From an uncultured Candidatus Saccharibacteria bacterium (GTDB lineage: Bacteria > Patescibacteriota > Minisyncoccia > Phycocordibacterales > Zambryskibacteraceae): a DNA stretch of 64,000 nt. Positions 26,798 through 36,267 of the stretch are shown piece by piece. The DNA is taken from contig CAYLHJ010000002.1 of assembly GCA_964383705.1 (NCBI GenBank), positions 1,635-65,634 on the forward strand. The letters run 5' to 3'. The position numbers and the translations under genes were made by a program. The notes beneath the pieces are model-generated. The model made no database searches and was not told where the DNA came from. It worked only from the letters and a program-made list of their open reading frames with translations. Every line of letters starts with the position of its first letter. Position 1 is the stretch's first letter.

Positions 26798-28087
26798 TTA
26801 TTTGAAATTATTAACCATCACTTGCAATTTTTGTTCTGTTTGGCTCAATGCTTCTTCGGTTCTTAATCTCCCCGAAGTTATTGACTCAACCATTTCTTTA
26901 AAAAGAATATTTGTCTCATTTATATCTGGATCAAGCCAACCACGAGACCATAATGCGCTCTCAAAGAAAAGAGTGAGAAAAGGATCTGTGGTCCCTCTGG
27001 ATATCACGTCCTTACGTATTGGTGGCAAACCAGTCAACTTTATTAATTCCGATATGGCCTCGGGCGAAGAAAGTCCGGCTATAACTCTAAGTGCACCAGC
27101 GATATTTTTGGAGGTCTTAGTGATTGCAAGTCCTTGCAAATCTCCATATGTGATTTTAGCACTACCAGTACGAGATTGAGGAATAGCAGAAACATCAAAA
27201 TTTAAATTAGGATTTTTAAGTTTCAAAGTATTTAGCTCGGAAGCGAAACCAAAATAAACCGCAAGATCTCCAGAAAGAAAAGCTGTTTGTGAATCTGGGA
27301 GAGACCTATTCCAAGAATAATGCGTCTTCGAAGGGTTAGAAAATTCTGTATAGAAATTTAATGCTGATAATGCTGGTGGAATTGCATAACCAAAATTATC
27401 TAAAATAGAAGCGCGATACCCAGTATCAGTTTTTGATATTATTGGGCTCCCTGCTTGAAAAATGAGCGTTGATATAATCTCTTTTGCATTATTTATATTT
27501 TGAAATTCACCAAAAGCGAGCGCTGACCGAGTTAGATTAAGAGCATTGTCTTTCTCTGTGAATTTCTTAGAAAATGCATAAAATTCATCCCAATACTTTG
27601 GTGGCGTAGCAGAGCCTAGAGAGAAAAGAATGTCCCGATTCCAATACATCACCAATGGATCAATTAGAATCGGAAAAGCAAATATTCCTTCCTTGTTCAA
27701 AAATAGTTCGCCTTCTTGGATAAATGTATCCCTAAACGTACGCTCAGAATAACTTTCAAAAGGCACTATAAATAATTTATTTTTTTGTTTCAGTAAATTA
27801 TCTTCTCCGATAAAGACAACATCTGGCCCAACTCCTGCGGCAATAGCCTCCACAAAATCCCTATCAAAATCACTTTTTGCCTTATATACATAGCGTATAG
27901 TAGTATTCTTATCTTTTGAAAGAGGCAATCGAGAATACATTGAAGAAAAATCTGTCTCTGATATTGTTCCCCAAACCAAAATATTTGCTCGCTCGCTTTG
28001 ATTTGGTCTTGCAAAAGCGAAAAGTAAGACGCCAATAATAATAAAAACTCCAAAAATGCCTGTCAGTATAATTTGAAATTTAGACAT
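26798..28087 (-). CDS. membrane-anchored extracellular solute-binding protein (ABC-type SBP family 1-like), no cognate permease adjacent
   Basis: N-terminal TM anchor. SBP_bac_1-like blocks (ILVWGT, AAGVGPDVVFIGEDNL, MYWNRDILF, PPKYWDEFYAFSKKF). The flanking genes are the pilin-like array and a methyltransferase, not ABC permease or ATPase genes. Confidence 0.6.
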   Translation of the reverse strand: MSKFQIILTGIFGVFIIIGVLLFAFARPNQSERANILVWGTISETDFSSMYSRLPLSKDKNTTIRYVYKAKSDFDRDFVEAIAAGVGPDVVFIGEDNLLKQKNKLFIVPFESYSERTFRDTFIQEGELFLNKEGIFAFPILIDPLVMYWNRDILFSLGSATPPKYWDEFYAFSKKFTEKDNALNLTRSALAFGEFQNINNAKEIISTLIFQAGSPIISKTDTGYRASILDNFGYAIPPALSALNFYTEFSNPSKTHYSWNRSLPDSQTAFLSGDLAVYFGFASELNTLKLKNPNLNFDVSAIPQSRTGSAKITYGDLQGLAITKTSKNIAGALRVIAGLSSPEAISELIKLTGLPPIRKDVISRGTTDPFLTLFFESALWSRGWLDPDINETNILFKEMVESITSGRLRTEEALSQTEQKLQVMVNNFK

Positions 28088-28088
28088 A

Positions 28089-28616
28089 TCAATTCTTCTT
28101 GAAGATTATACCAAAATGGTGTTTTCCTGCTTGTATTTCCCTTTCAAAAACAAAACCCTTCTTCTCAAAAAGCTCCATCACTTTTTCCTTTCCAAATAAA
28201 GCTTTACTTTCTGGTCCAATACCACCAAAAGAATCTGACCAATCAATAACAAGAACACTGCCACCACTTTTTAAGACTCTATATGCCTCACTCGCAATAA
28301 TTGCTTTGTTACTGACCTGAAACAGAAGATTGGAAATGACCACGCCATCGACACCGGCATCCTTAAGTTTTGTTCCTCTTTCTTGTTCAAGATCTCCCCA
28401 GATAACCTCAATATTTGAAAGACCTCTTTTGAGACCATCTGCTTTTAATCTTGCCAATAAGTCTTTTTGTATATCAACGGCATAAACCTTCCCTTTTTCA
28501 CCAACAGCCATTGCAAGCGCAAATGCATAATGACCAGAACCAGAACCAAAATCGGCAATTATTGCACCAAGAGGAAATCTAGCCTGTTCAATATTTTTTT
28601 CTGGGTCTGAAAACAT
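28089..28616 (-). CDS. class I SAM-dependent methyltransferase
   Basis: Motif I IIADFGSGSGHYAFALA, post-I acidic motif VYAVDIQ, motif II VDGVVISNLL. Start taken at MFSDP. Confidence 0.8.
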   Translation of the reverse strand: MFSDPEKNIEQARFPLGAIIADFGSGSGHYAFALAMAVGEKGKVYAVDIQKDLLARLKADGLKRGLSNIEVIWGDLEQERGTKLKDAGVDGVVISNLLFQVSNKAIIASEAYRVLKSGGSVLVIDWSDSFGGIGPESKALFGKEKVMELFEKKGFVFEREIQAGKHHFGIIFKKN

Positions 28617-28666
28617 ACTTTCTGTGTATATATTATACACAAAAAGATTAATCCATATGGTAATTA

Positions 28667-31144
28667 TCAAAGACAGACGATCGAGGCGAGACTGTCTCCT
28701 TCACGGAGCTTCATGATACGAACACCTTGAGTTTGGCGTCCAAGCTTTGGTATTTCTTCAATGGACGTTCTGATAACTTGACCTCTTTTTGATATAGCCA
28801 CCACTTCTTCTTCGGAGGTAACAGTAACAGAAGAGATAAGCGGACCTGTTTTTGTAGTCACATTACCCGTTTTTATCCCAGATCCACCTCGATTTTGAAT
28901 TTTATATTCATCGAGACCGGTCTTTTTGCCATATCCATTTTCTGAAATGACAAGAAGGTGGGGTTTCTCAAAATCTTTTCTAACAATATCTGCAGCAATA
29001 ACCCTATCACCTTTTGAGAGTTTCATAATTCTCACTCCAGCAGCACCTCGACCCATTTCACGAACATCAGCTTCCTTGAAGCGAATGGCTTGACCTTTAC
29101 TTGTGACAAGCACAACACTATCTCCTTTTTCAACGAGAGAAGCCGAAACAAGAAGATCGTCATCAGAAAGTTTTATAGCAATAATTCCGCTTGATCTTAC
29201 ATCCGAAAAGCTTTTTGCAGAGACTTTTTTACCAATACCATTCTTGGTTGCCATAACAAGCGAGAGATTTTCTTTGCCTTTAGCGTCCTTTGAAACAGGT
29301 AGAATCGAAGTAATTTTTTCTTCTGACTGAAGGGCGATAAAATTCATTATAGACTTTCCTCGGGTTGCCCGTTTGCCTTCGGGGATATCATACATCTTAA
29401 TCTGATAGACTTTCCCTTTATCAGTAAAAAATAGTAATTCGCTGTGAGTACTTGCAGTAAGAAAATGGGTTACAAAATCTTCCTCCTTAGTATTTAGATC
29501 AACGACACCAACACCACCACGCTTTTGCTTTTTGTATTCGTCTGGATTTGTCCTCTTAATATAACCACCAGAAGTCAAGACTAAAGCATTTTCCTCGTCA
29601 GCAATAAGATCTTCTGGTGAAAACACCTTGGCCCCATGCTTTATTATCTTCGTTCGACGGGCATCGCCATATTTCTCCTGAATCTGAGCAAGCTCCTTTT
29701 TAATTAAACCTAGTACTTTTTTAGGACTTTCTAAAATACCTCGATATTCTTCAATAAGAGCTTTTACCTCTTTCAATTCGTCCTCTACCTTCTGTCTCTC
29801 TAATCCAGCAAGTTTCTGCAAACGCATTTCAAGAATAGCTAAGGCCTGTTTCTCTGAGAATTTAAATTTATCGCAAAGATTCTTCTTCGCATCTTCAACC
29901 GTTTTTGATGCCCTAATAAGTTTTATTATTTCATCGATATGATCAAGCGCCTTCTTAAGACCAAGTAAGATATGCTCTCGATCAAGCGCTTTCTCAAGAT
30001 CAAATTCTGTTCGTCTACGAATAACTTCTTTACGATGGGACACAAACTCTTCTAATATTTTTTTAAGAGAAAGTGTTTGGGGAATACCACCAACAAGAGC
30101 CACTAGATTAAAGTGAAAAGAATCTTCAAGTTGGGTATGTTTATATAAAGTATTAAGAACTTTCTGTGGCTGACTACCAGACTTAAGTTCAATAACAATG
30201 CGAATATCTTTTGCTGATTCATCACGAAGACCTTTAATGCCCTCAACTTTCTTATCTCTAACGAGTTCGGCAATTTTTTCAATAAGAGTCGCCTTATTCA
30301 CACGATATGGAATTTCAGTAATGATGATTTGGAAACTCCCTAATTTTGTTTCAGTAATCTCAGCCACTCCACGGACAACCACCCCACCTCGCCCAGTAGC
30401 ATAAGCATGGTGAATATCCTTCTCATTGAAAGCAATCCCACCAGTTGGGAAATCTGGCCCTTTGATATATTCGAGAAGATCGTCTGACGTTGCTTCTGGA
30501 TTATCCACTAGAAAAGAAACCGCATCACAAACTTCAGTCAAGTTGTGCGGAGGAATATTTGTTGCCATTCCAACAGCAATTCCCAATGTCCCATTTAAAA
30601 GAAGGTTTGGCACACAGGTAGGCAGAACCGTTGGCTCCTTCTTAGTCCCATCGTAATTAGGTCTAAAATCAACAGTATTTTTTTCAATATCATTTAAGAG
30701 TTCCCCAGAAAGCCGGGACATCTTTGCTTCCGTGTATCGATAGGCTGCAGCATTGTCACCATCAATTGAACCGAAGTTTCCCTGTCCTAAAACAAGCGGA
30801 TATCTGGTTGAGAAATCTTGCGCCATTTTGACCATAGCATCATAGACCGAAGCATCACCATGAGGATGAAAACTTCCAAGCACATCTCCAACAACGGTTG
30901 CAGATTTTCTGAATTTAGACGTTGCCGAAAGCCCCATATTGTTCATGGCATATAAAATACGACGATGAACTGGTTTTAAGCCATCTCTAACGTCAGGAAG
31001 GGCGCGATCAGTAATAACTGACATTGCATAATCGATAAAAGATTCCTTCATCTCAGAAACAATGTTTCGTGAGATAACATTGACTCTTTCTCCGCCACTT
31101 ATTGGGTTTTCTTCTTTAGAATTTTCTTTTTTTGCCATATACAA
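28667..31144 (-). CDS. gyrA: DNA gyrase subunit A
   Basis: N-terminal [32 protein letters not shown] with the active-site Tyr context. C-terminal beta-pinwheel repeats. 825 aa. Confidence 0.95.
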   Translation of the reverse strand: MYMAKKENSKEENPISGGERVNVISRNIVSEMKESFIDYAMSVITDRALPDVRDGLKPVHRRILYAMNNMGLSATSKFRKSATVVGDVLGSFHPHGDASVYDAMVKMAQDFSTRYPLVLGQGNFGSIDGDNAAAYRYTEAKMSRLSGELLNDIEKNTVDFRPNYDGTKKEPTVLPTCVPNLLLNGTLGIAVGMATNIPPHNLTEVCDAVSFLVDNPEATSDDLLEYIKGPDFPTGGIAFNEKDIHHAYATGRGGVVVRGVAEITETKLGSFQIIITEIPYRVNKATLIEKIAELVRDKKVEGIKGLRDESAKDIRIVIELKSGSQPQKVLNTLYKHTQLEDSFHFNLVALVGGIPQTLSLKKILEEFVSHRKEVIRRRTEFDLEKALDREHILLGLKKALDHIDEIIKLIRASKTVEDAKKNLCDKFKFSEKQALAILEMRLQKLAGLERQKVEDELKEVKALIEEYRGILESPKKVLGLIKKELAQIQEKYGDARRTKIIKHGAKVFSPEDLIADEENALVLTSGGYIKRTNPDEYKKQKRGGVGVVDLNTKEEDFVTHFLTASTHSELLFFTDKGKVYQIKMYDIPEGKRATRGKSIMNFIALQSEEKITSILPVSKDAKGKENLSLVMATKNGIGKKVSAKSFSDVRSSGIIAIKLSDDDLLVSASLVEKGDSVVLVTSKGQAIRFKEADVREMGRGAAGVRIMKLSKGDRVIAADIVRKDFEKPHLLVISENGYGKKTGLDEYKIQNRGGSGIKTGNVTTKTGPLISSVTVTSEEEVVAISKRGQVIRTSIEEIPKLGRQTQGVRIMKLREGDSLASIVCL

Positions 31145-31152
31145 TCAGGACA

Positions 31153-31521
31153 TTAAAATCTACTTCCAGATTCCTCTGATTTTGGAATAAATTTTATATC
31201 TCCATTTTCAACCTGTTTTTTTATTTTTTCATATTCAGTTTCTAGATTAAGATCCTCAACTGAAGTCTTACTATCAAACCAAAGACCACGAACAGCTTCA
31301 AACGCCTGTGCAACACCATTTTTAAGAGTAGAAATCGGCGTTTCCACCTTTTCAACTTTTTGCGCATTATTCTCTGCCACAATCTCGCGCGTGCCGTGAG
31401 GAAAAATAACAGAAGCCCACAGAACAAAAACTATAACAGTAATACCACCAGAAAGAGCAAAGGCTATATGTCTTTTTTGATGGTCGGGATATTTTTTTAG
31501 ACGTTCAATTAAATCTTCCAT
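31153..31521 (-). CDS. hypothetical membrane protein
   Basis: 122 aa. One TM helix (IAFALSGGITVIVFVLWASVIF). Charged C-terminal region. Confidence 0.4.
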   Translation of the reverse strand: MEDLIERLKKYPDHQKRHIAFALSGGITVIVFVLWASVIFPHGTREIVAENNAQKVEKVETPISTLKNGVAQAFEAVRGLWFDSKTSVEDLNLETEYEKIKKQVENGDIKFIPKSEESGSRF

Positions 31522-31530
31522 TGTCTTAAT

Positions 31531-32175
31531 TTAAGAAGTTACTGCTGACAATATAACAATATCACCTTCTTTACCTTCAAGATCTTTTTTCTTTATGGTT
31601 AATTTATCAACTGGTTTAATCCCCTCTTCTCCGCCTTCTTTTAGAAAGGTCTTTAAGGCCCCCGGATTGATATCATCCCCATAATAAATTGGAATAATTA
31701 CTTTTGGTTCAAGTTTAACGGCAAGACTATATGCCTCCGCTGAAGACAAAACGCCATTACCACCAATTGGAACAAATAAAATGTCTATATCATCAAGAGC
31801 TTCGACCGTTTCTGTGGGTATACTTTCGCTTGAAGTAAGAGCTCCGAGAAAACAAATATTCATCCCTTCAAGATTCATAGTGTAAATGGTATTAATCAAA
31901 CTCTCCCCACCATATTTTGTCTGAGAAATAAATCCACGGATAAAAACTCCGGCAATTTCATATTCACCTGGACCACGAATAACAAACGGTTCTTTCTCTC
32001 CTCTACTCGCATTATCTATCCCATTAAAATCAAAATGATTAGCAGAGACAAGAACAATATCTGCCCCAAATTTTGAAAACTTGAATTTTGACTCTTTTGA
32101 GGGTGGATTATAGGCCACAACCATGTCCCCAAACTGGATTTTGACCGATAAGGCCCCCTGATAAGAAATAATCAT
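31531..32175 (-). CDS. metallo-beta-lactamase-fold hydrolase (UPF0173-like)
   Basis: MBL-fold pattern (DIVLVSANHFDFNG, ...GESLINTIYTMNLEGMNICFLGALTS, DILFVPIGGNG) over about 214 aa. Confidence 0.6.
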   Translation of the reverse strand: MIISYQGALSVKIQFGDMVVAYNPPSKESKFKFSKFGADIVLVSANHFDFNGIDNASRGEKEPFVIRGPGEYEIAGVFIRGFISQTKYGGESLINTIYTMNLEGMNICFLGALTSSESIPTETVEALDDIDILFVPIGGNGVLSSAEAYSLAVKLEPKVIIPIYYGDDINPGALKTFLKEGGEEGIKPVDKLTIKKKDLEGKEGDIVILSAVTS

Positions 32176-33415
32176 TATGACTATATATTAGCATATGCAA
32201 ATGATCTCTGCCAGCCAATTATAGACCTATACAAAGCCATATTATATAGCTTTGTGGTTTGTGGATAAGATAATGTGTTGACAAAATTTGAGGACATGTT
32301 ATGATGGGAGTAGAAGCACATCGCAGTTTATCTATAATGAACCGCCTCCACATTGATGATTCACATCATCTTAGGGGCGGCGAAGGATCCGCAAGCACAA
32401 GCTCTGCGGAAACGACGAAGAGGAGAGGAGGTTTCATGACCCGGCTCGCCCGCGGCAGCCCCCATCAGGGGGGTGACATCAAGAGGACCCATTCGACCGC
32501 CGACCAGACCAACGACACCAACATCACCGGCTGATCTTCGGCCGGCTCGGGGTGAGAGCATGAACAAGATTGGGGAAGAGCCCCAACCCATGACCTCACC
32601 CCTCCCTTTCCCCCATAGAGCCCGATGGGCCCGTGCGGGAAAATTCGCGGATTGTCGACGATGGTCCGCGATGCTCGTCCACTTCTCGCCGATGAATCGG
32701 CCAGAACTTCACCTGCGGAGATCGAGCCATGCTCAGCAAGCTGGAAACCGTGCGGGGGGAGCCCGCGGAGATCTGGACGCCGACCGAGTGAGCTGACAAC
32801 ACCGTTCCTGCGCCAAAAGCGTGAGAAAGGAAGATGGCCACGAGGCACCCAGTCTAGCCACTGGGCTCGTCGATAAGATACTTTACTAACTTTCCGCCCA
32901 ACGAAAGCCCCTTCTATTTTGATCGATTCCCTAGTCCCGTATGAATGGGCCGGGTGTCGCAAAACAGCTAAACGCCGAAAATCCTGGTGATTAATAATCA
33001 CCGGATAGTCGCCAAACAGCTAGAAGGCAGATGGCGAAAACTTGGTGGGCTCTTCGCCCCTCGGTGGTGTCTACGAAACACTACCTCAAGTATTCGCGGT
33101 CATGGCATATGGCGGAAAAAGCCACCATTAAAGAAAACGGCGAGAAAAACAGAGAGTACAAACGCTCCGAGGCGCGTCATAAGCCTCGGGAACAGGCACC
33201 CAGTGTGGTGCGCTTCCAAAGAAGGGTCTTTGACCCTTGCCCCCACGACAACCGTTGTGGGGGCTTTCTTTATATATAGACAAATACAGATCTTTGCGGT
33301 AGACTTTCGCTTGTCTTTAAATTTTTAGAAGAGACATTAATTATACGACGCAAGAGCTAATCCCACTTAGGAGAATAGTAGAAACGGCAACAGGTGGACC
33401 TCGGCGGGCAAAAAA

Positions 33416-34546
33416 ATGAAAAATAATACAAAAGATTTCCAAGAAGAAAATCCTTCTTCTGAGGATAGATCGGTTAAAAAGGATTCTTTAATGACGGGCC
33501 TAATGGATGAGAGCGCAACTCCGCCATCCCTTGAAGATCTCATTGAGGGAAAAGTTATCGCCATAGACAAGGGGGCAGTTTATATTGATTTACCACCTTT
33601 TGGAACAGGTATCATTTACGGTAGAGAATATCTAAACGCTAGAGATATTATTCGTAAGGTAAATATTGGCGATACGGTTGCCGGAAAAGTTATCGCCTTA
33701 GATAACAAAGAGGGATATATTGAAATATCCCTAAAAGAAGCTCGCCAAGCAATTATTTGGAGCGAGGCTGAAGATGCTATCCGCGATAAAAAGATATTTG
33801 ATCTTGCAGTAATTGATGCAAATAAGGGAGGTCTTATTTTAAGCTGGCAAGGAATTCAGGGTTTCTTACCCGCCTCACAATTAAAGCCTGAGCACTATCC
33901 AAGAATTTCTGATGGAGACAAAGATAGAATATTAGAAGAATTACGAAAGCTTGTTGGAGAAAAGATTGCTGTGATAATAATTGCCGCAATACCAAAAGAG
34001 GGCAAGTTAATATTCTCTGAAAAGAGTCATGAGACAAAAGACAAAGGCGAGATGGTTGATAAATATGCCTTGGGAGATGAACTTGAAGGAGAAGTTACAG
34101 GAATCGTAGATTTCGGAATATTCATAAAAATCGAAGAAGGTTTAGAGGGTCTAGTTCATATATCAGAAATAGATTGGGCGCTTGTTGAAAACCCTCGAGC
34201 TCTTTATAAGGTGGGAGATAAAGTAAAAGTAAAAATTATTGACATCAAAGATGGCAAAATTTCACTCTCTATCAAGGCATTGAAAGAAAATCCTTGGGTA
34301 AGCGCATCAAAGAAATACAAAAAAGACGATGAAGTTAAAGGAGTAATTATTAAATTCAATAAACACGGCGCACTAGCCTCAATTGAAGAAGGGGTCGCTG
34401 GTCTTGTTCATATTTCTGAGTTTGGTAGCGAAGAAAAATTGCGAGAAAAACTTGAACTTGGAAGAACATACGATTTTAAGATTACTCTTTTTGATTCGAA
34501 AGAGCAGAAGATGGCACTTTCTTTTGTAGACTCAGCAAAAAAATAA
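33416..34546 (+). CDS. rpsA: 30S ribosomal protein S1 (four S1 domains)
   Basis: Repeated S1 OB-fold motifs (GKVIAIDKGAVYIDL, GDTVAGKVIALD, LEGEVTGIVDFGIFIKI, VKGVIIKFNKHGALASI). Confidence 0.85.
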   Translation: MKNNTKDFQEENPSSEDRSVKKDSLMTGLMDESATPPSLEDLIEGKVIAIDKGAVYIDLPPFGTGIIYGREYLNARDIIRKVNIGDTVAGKVIALDNKEGYIEISLKEARQAIIWSEAEDAIRDKKIFDLAVIDANKGGLILSWQGIQGFLPASQLKPEHYPRISDGDKDRILEELRKLVGEKIAVIIIAAIPKEGKLIFSEKSHETKDKGEMVDKYALGDELEGEVTGIVDFGIFIKIEEGLEGLVHISEIDWALVENPRALYKVGDKVKVKIIDIKDGKISLSIKALKENPWVSASKKYKKDDEVKGVIIKFNKHGALASIEEGVAGLVHISEFGSEEKLREKLELGRTYDFKITLFDSKEQKMALSFVDSAKK

Positions 34547-34594
34547 ATAAACTAAGCTCCAAATTTACTAGGAGTTAATTTATTTTTTCCTAAT

Positions 34595-34629
34595 AACAAA
34601 GGCGCGCAGATAAAAAGCGCGCCTTTGTT
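34595..34629. terminator. bidirectional rho-independent terminator
   Basis: Hairpin aacaaaggcgcgcagataaaaagcgcgcctttgtt between convergent rpsA (+) and the 34628..34972 gene (-). Confidence 0.7.
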
Positions 34630-34972
34630 ATTCCAAAACATTCAAACGAGAAATTATATCTTCTTTCAATTCCTTCGGTATCTCGCTGGTCTTTTCCGAA
34701 TAAGTCTCCTGAAGCTCTAAAACGTAAGATCCGAGCGACTTAGCCTTATCCAGATAATTTTTACCTTGTTCTTCTGAAATTAATCCGTCTTCCTGACAAA
34801 TCTCTATATAAGCCATAATCACATTTATGCGAGTTGCTACACAAGCAAGCCAAATATTATCCGTGTTTGCAAATTCCCTTTCTATATTTTCCGGAGATTG
34901 CTCAATCTCCCGCTTTAGCATTTCAAAATCATTTTTTGGTTCCCCTTCCATGTTGTTATGAATTAAACTCAC
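34628..34972 (-). CDS. hypothetical acidic cytoplasmic protein
   Basis: 114 aa, Glu-rich, no family recognised. Overlaps the pth stop. Confidence 0.4.
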   Translation of the reverse strand: MSLIHNNMEGEPKNDFEMLKREIEQSPENIEREFANTDNIWLACVATRINVIMAYIEICQEDGLISEEQGKNYLDKAKSLGSYVLELQETYSEKTSEIPKELKEDIISRLNVLE

Positions 34973-35537
34973 TCATGGCCCTTTCCCTGCCCTCTAAAAT
35001 TATAGAGACAATAGCCTCAGAAACTTTTTTGGATATTTTTTTTAATGCCTCGGTTTCTTTCGGACTAAAATTGCCAATAATAAATTTATCTACATTGTTT
35101 GGTTTCTTAATTTTACCCGAGGGCGTGCTAGGGCTAATACCAACACGGATACGAACAAATTCGGTAGTTTTTAAAGATTTAATAATAGACTCAAGTCCGC
35201 GGTGACCGCCCGAGCCACGATTATAAGAGACCTTTATGCTACCAAAAGCAAGGTCTAAATCATCATAAACCACTATCAAACTGTGCGCACCCTTAATACT
35301 TCCAACCGCAGTTGACAGACTGGCGCCCGACTTATTCATAAATGTTTCAGGAAAAATGACCAAAACTTTTTCTTTTCCGATTTTACCCTGAGAGATCAAG
35401 GCTTTGTGTTTTTTACTCAGAATGGGTAAATCAAAATCATTCTTTTTAAGAAAAGATGAGACGACAATTCGCCCCGTATTATGACGAGTGTTTGCATATT
35501 CTTCCCCCGGATTCCCCAATCCCGCTATAACAATCAT
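34956..35537 (-). CDS. pth: peptidyl-tRNA hydrolase
   Basis: MIVIAGLGNPGEEYANTRHNTG N-terminal motif, central GGHRGLES, C-terminal RVGI. Start at MIVIAG rather than the longer ORF. Confidence 0.9.
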   Translation of the reverse strand: MIVIAGLGNPGEEYANTRHNTGRIVVSSFLKKNDFDLPILSKKHKALISQGKIGKEKVLVIFPETFMNKSGASLSTAVGSIKGAHSLIVVYDDLDLAFGSIKVSYNRGSGGHRGLESIIKSLKTTEFVRIRVGISPSTPSGKIKKPNNVDKFIIGNFSPKETEALKKISKKVSEAIVSIILEGRERAMSEFNS

Positions 35538-35629
35538 ATTGTTTAGTTTATCACATGAAAGAATTAGGAAAACACACAAATATCTCTTGTGTCAAAGCGG
35601 TAAAACATATTACAATCTGATAACAAAAA

Positions 35630-36244
35630 ATGAACCCACCTAGTACAAGCCAAGAAATCGAAACAAAAAACTATTCTGAGAGAAATAGTAGTGGTAACAA
35701 TCAGACAAGAAAACAAAAAAGTTTTTTCAGGGAGCTTTTGGAATTTGCATTAATCGCGGTCGTCATCGTTATACCATTCCGAATATTTATCGCCCAGCCA
35801 TTTGTCGTAAACGGTTCATCAATGGATCCAACATTTGAAAATGGAGAATATCTCATTGTAGATCAAATTTCTTACCGATTCGAAAAGCCCGCTCGTGGTT
35901 CAATAATCATTTTTAAATACCCAAAAGACCCGTCAAAATATTTTATTAAAAGAGTCATCGGTCTCCCGGGCGAAGAAATTATCATAAAAGATGGCAAAGT
36001 CACAATAATAAATGATAATTACCCAGAAGGAATTCCTCTGGAAGAACCTTATATTCAATATGAAAAAAAAGATTCTTTCACGACAACTCTTGAAAACGAT
36101 GAATATTTTGTTATGGGAGATAACAGACTTGGAAGCGCTGATTCTAGAGTTTGGGGGCCGCTCCCAGAATACAATATTGTGGGACGCCCACTTATAAGAC
36201 TCTTTCCGATTTCCAGACTTGATGTTTTACCTGGCAACGAGTAA
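35630..36244 (+). CDS. lepB: signal peptidase I
   Basis: TM anchor. Catalytic Ser box (VVNGSSMDPTF) and Lys box (KRVIGLPGE), plus GDNRLGSADSR. Confidence 0.9.
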   Translation: MNPPSTSQEIETKNYSERNSSGNNQTRKQKSFFRELLEFALIAVVIVIPFRIFIAQPFVVNGSSMDPTFENGEYLIVDQISYRFEKPARGSIIIFKYPKDPSKYFIKRVIGLPGEEIIIKDGKVTIINDNYPEGIPLEEPYIQYEKKDSFTTTLENDEYFVMGDNRLGSADSRVWGPLPEYNIVGRPLIRLFPISRLDVLPGNE

Positions 36245-36267
36245 CAGTCTTCAAAATAATAATAAAT

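Noticed and set aside
32440-32520. Possible tmRNA 5' end (GGGGGGTGACATCAAGAGGACCCATTCGACC resembles GGGGCTGATTCTGGATTCGACGG)
   Set aside because: No matching T-arm (GGTTCGA-TCC) plus acceptor plus CCA 3' end, and no ANDENYALAA-type tag reading frame, could be found downstream on either strand. The resemblance is too weak to call ssrA.
32800-32860. AAGGAAG-containing stretch (gtgagaaaggaagatggccacgaggcacc) reminiscent of the SRP RNA domain IV motif
   Set aside because: It is only a partial match to GGAAGCAGCCAAGGCAG. No flanking helix 8 symmetry was found, and the size of the patch (about 1 kb) does not fit a 4.5S RNA.
32301-33328. Multiple overlapping 60-180 aa ORFs on both strands inside the GC-rich patch (e.g. 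32465..33001 -, 32473..32796 +, 32625..32876 +, 33031..33279 +)
   Set aside because: They are Arg/Pro/Ser/Gly-rich and mutually overlapping in several frames with no domain signatures. This is the pattern expected from GC-rich non-coding DNA rather than genes. I kept the region as a finding, not as CDS.
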